Below are positions 63,480 to 64,000 of a DNA stretch of 64,000 bases, one piece after another (position 1 is the stretch's first letter; each line of letters begins with the position of its first letter). The DNA comes from Chrysemys picta bellii. Lineage: Eukaryota. The stretch lies in NCBI RefSeq assembly GCF_011386835.1, contig NC_088793.1, positions 53,692,001 through 53,756,000 of the forward strand. Reading direction: 5' to 3'. Made by a program: the position numbers and the translations under genes. Under the pieces are notes generated by a model that was not told where the DNA came from, searched no databases, and was given only the letters and a program-made list of their open reading frames with translations.

Positions 63480-64000
63480 GTGAATGATAACAAGCTGGGA
63501 GGGGTACTTGCAAGTGCTTTGGAGGATAGGATAAAATTCAAAATGATCTGGACAAACTGGAGAAATGGTAAATAGGATGAAATTCAATAAGGACAAATGC
63601 AATGTACTCCATTTAGGAAGGAACAATCAGTTGCACACATACAAAATGGGAAATGACAGCCTAGAAAGGAGTATTGAAGTAAGGAATCTGGGGGTCATAG
63701 TGGACCACAACCTAAACATGAGTCAACAGAGTAATGCAAAAAAAGCTAACATCATTCTGGGATGTATTAGCGGGAGTGTTGTAAGCAAAGCACGAGAAGT
63801 AATTCTTCTGCTCTACTCTGTGCTGGTTAGGCCTCAACTGGAGTATTGTGTCCAGTTCTGGGCACCACATTTCAGGAAGGATGTGGACAAAAAGGAGAGA
63901 GTCCAGAGAAGAGGGATAAAAATGATTAACATGACCTAGGAGGGAACATGACCTATGAGGGAAGATTGAAAAAAATTGGTTCTGTTTAGTCATTAGAGGT
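63480..64000 (+). mobile_element. CR1 LINE ORF2 (RT C-terminal) fragment running off the window
   Basis: DNKLGG..LEDRIKIQNDLDKLEKW then ORF 63565..63939 NRMKFNKDKCNVLHLG..LLYSVLVRPQLEYCVQFWAPHFRKDV. Confidence 0.93.

Overview
Vertebrate genomic DNA, very probably from a turtle (inferred from the repeat families). The window appears to lie wholly inside one giant minus-strand gene, EYS (eyes shut homolog). Four canonical GT-AG coding exons (62455-62582, 57853-57967, 33445-33604, 7590-7694; 508 nt) splice in frame into tandem EGF modules, separated by introns of 4.5, 24.2 and 25.8 kb. The introns are dense with transposon fossils: a rearranged Ngaro/DIRS-type retrotransposon, a full-length hAT Charlie-type element knocked out by a solo LTR, several solo LTRs with TSDs, CR1 fragments, hAT and Harbinger MITEs, and six Penelope-like pLTR remnants with hammerhead-ribozyme motifs, four of them folded back on their own antisense. 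Most ORF-track entries are incidental. Main leads: (1) the self-antisense hammerhead elements; (2) a 105-nt EGF exon apparently absent from human EYS; (3) an extra cysteine (C-C-C) at an EYS splice junction. Human/zebrafish EYS comparisons and repeat family names are from memory and need database confirmation.
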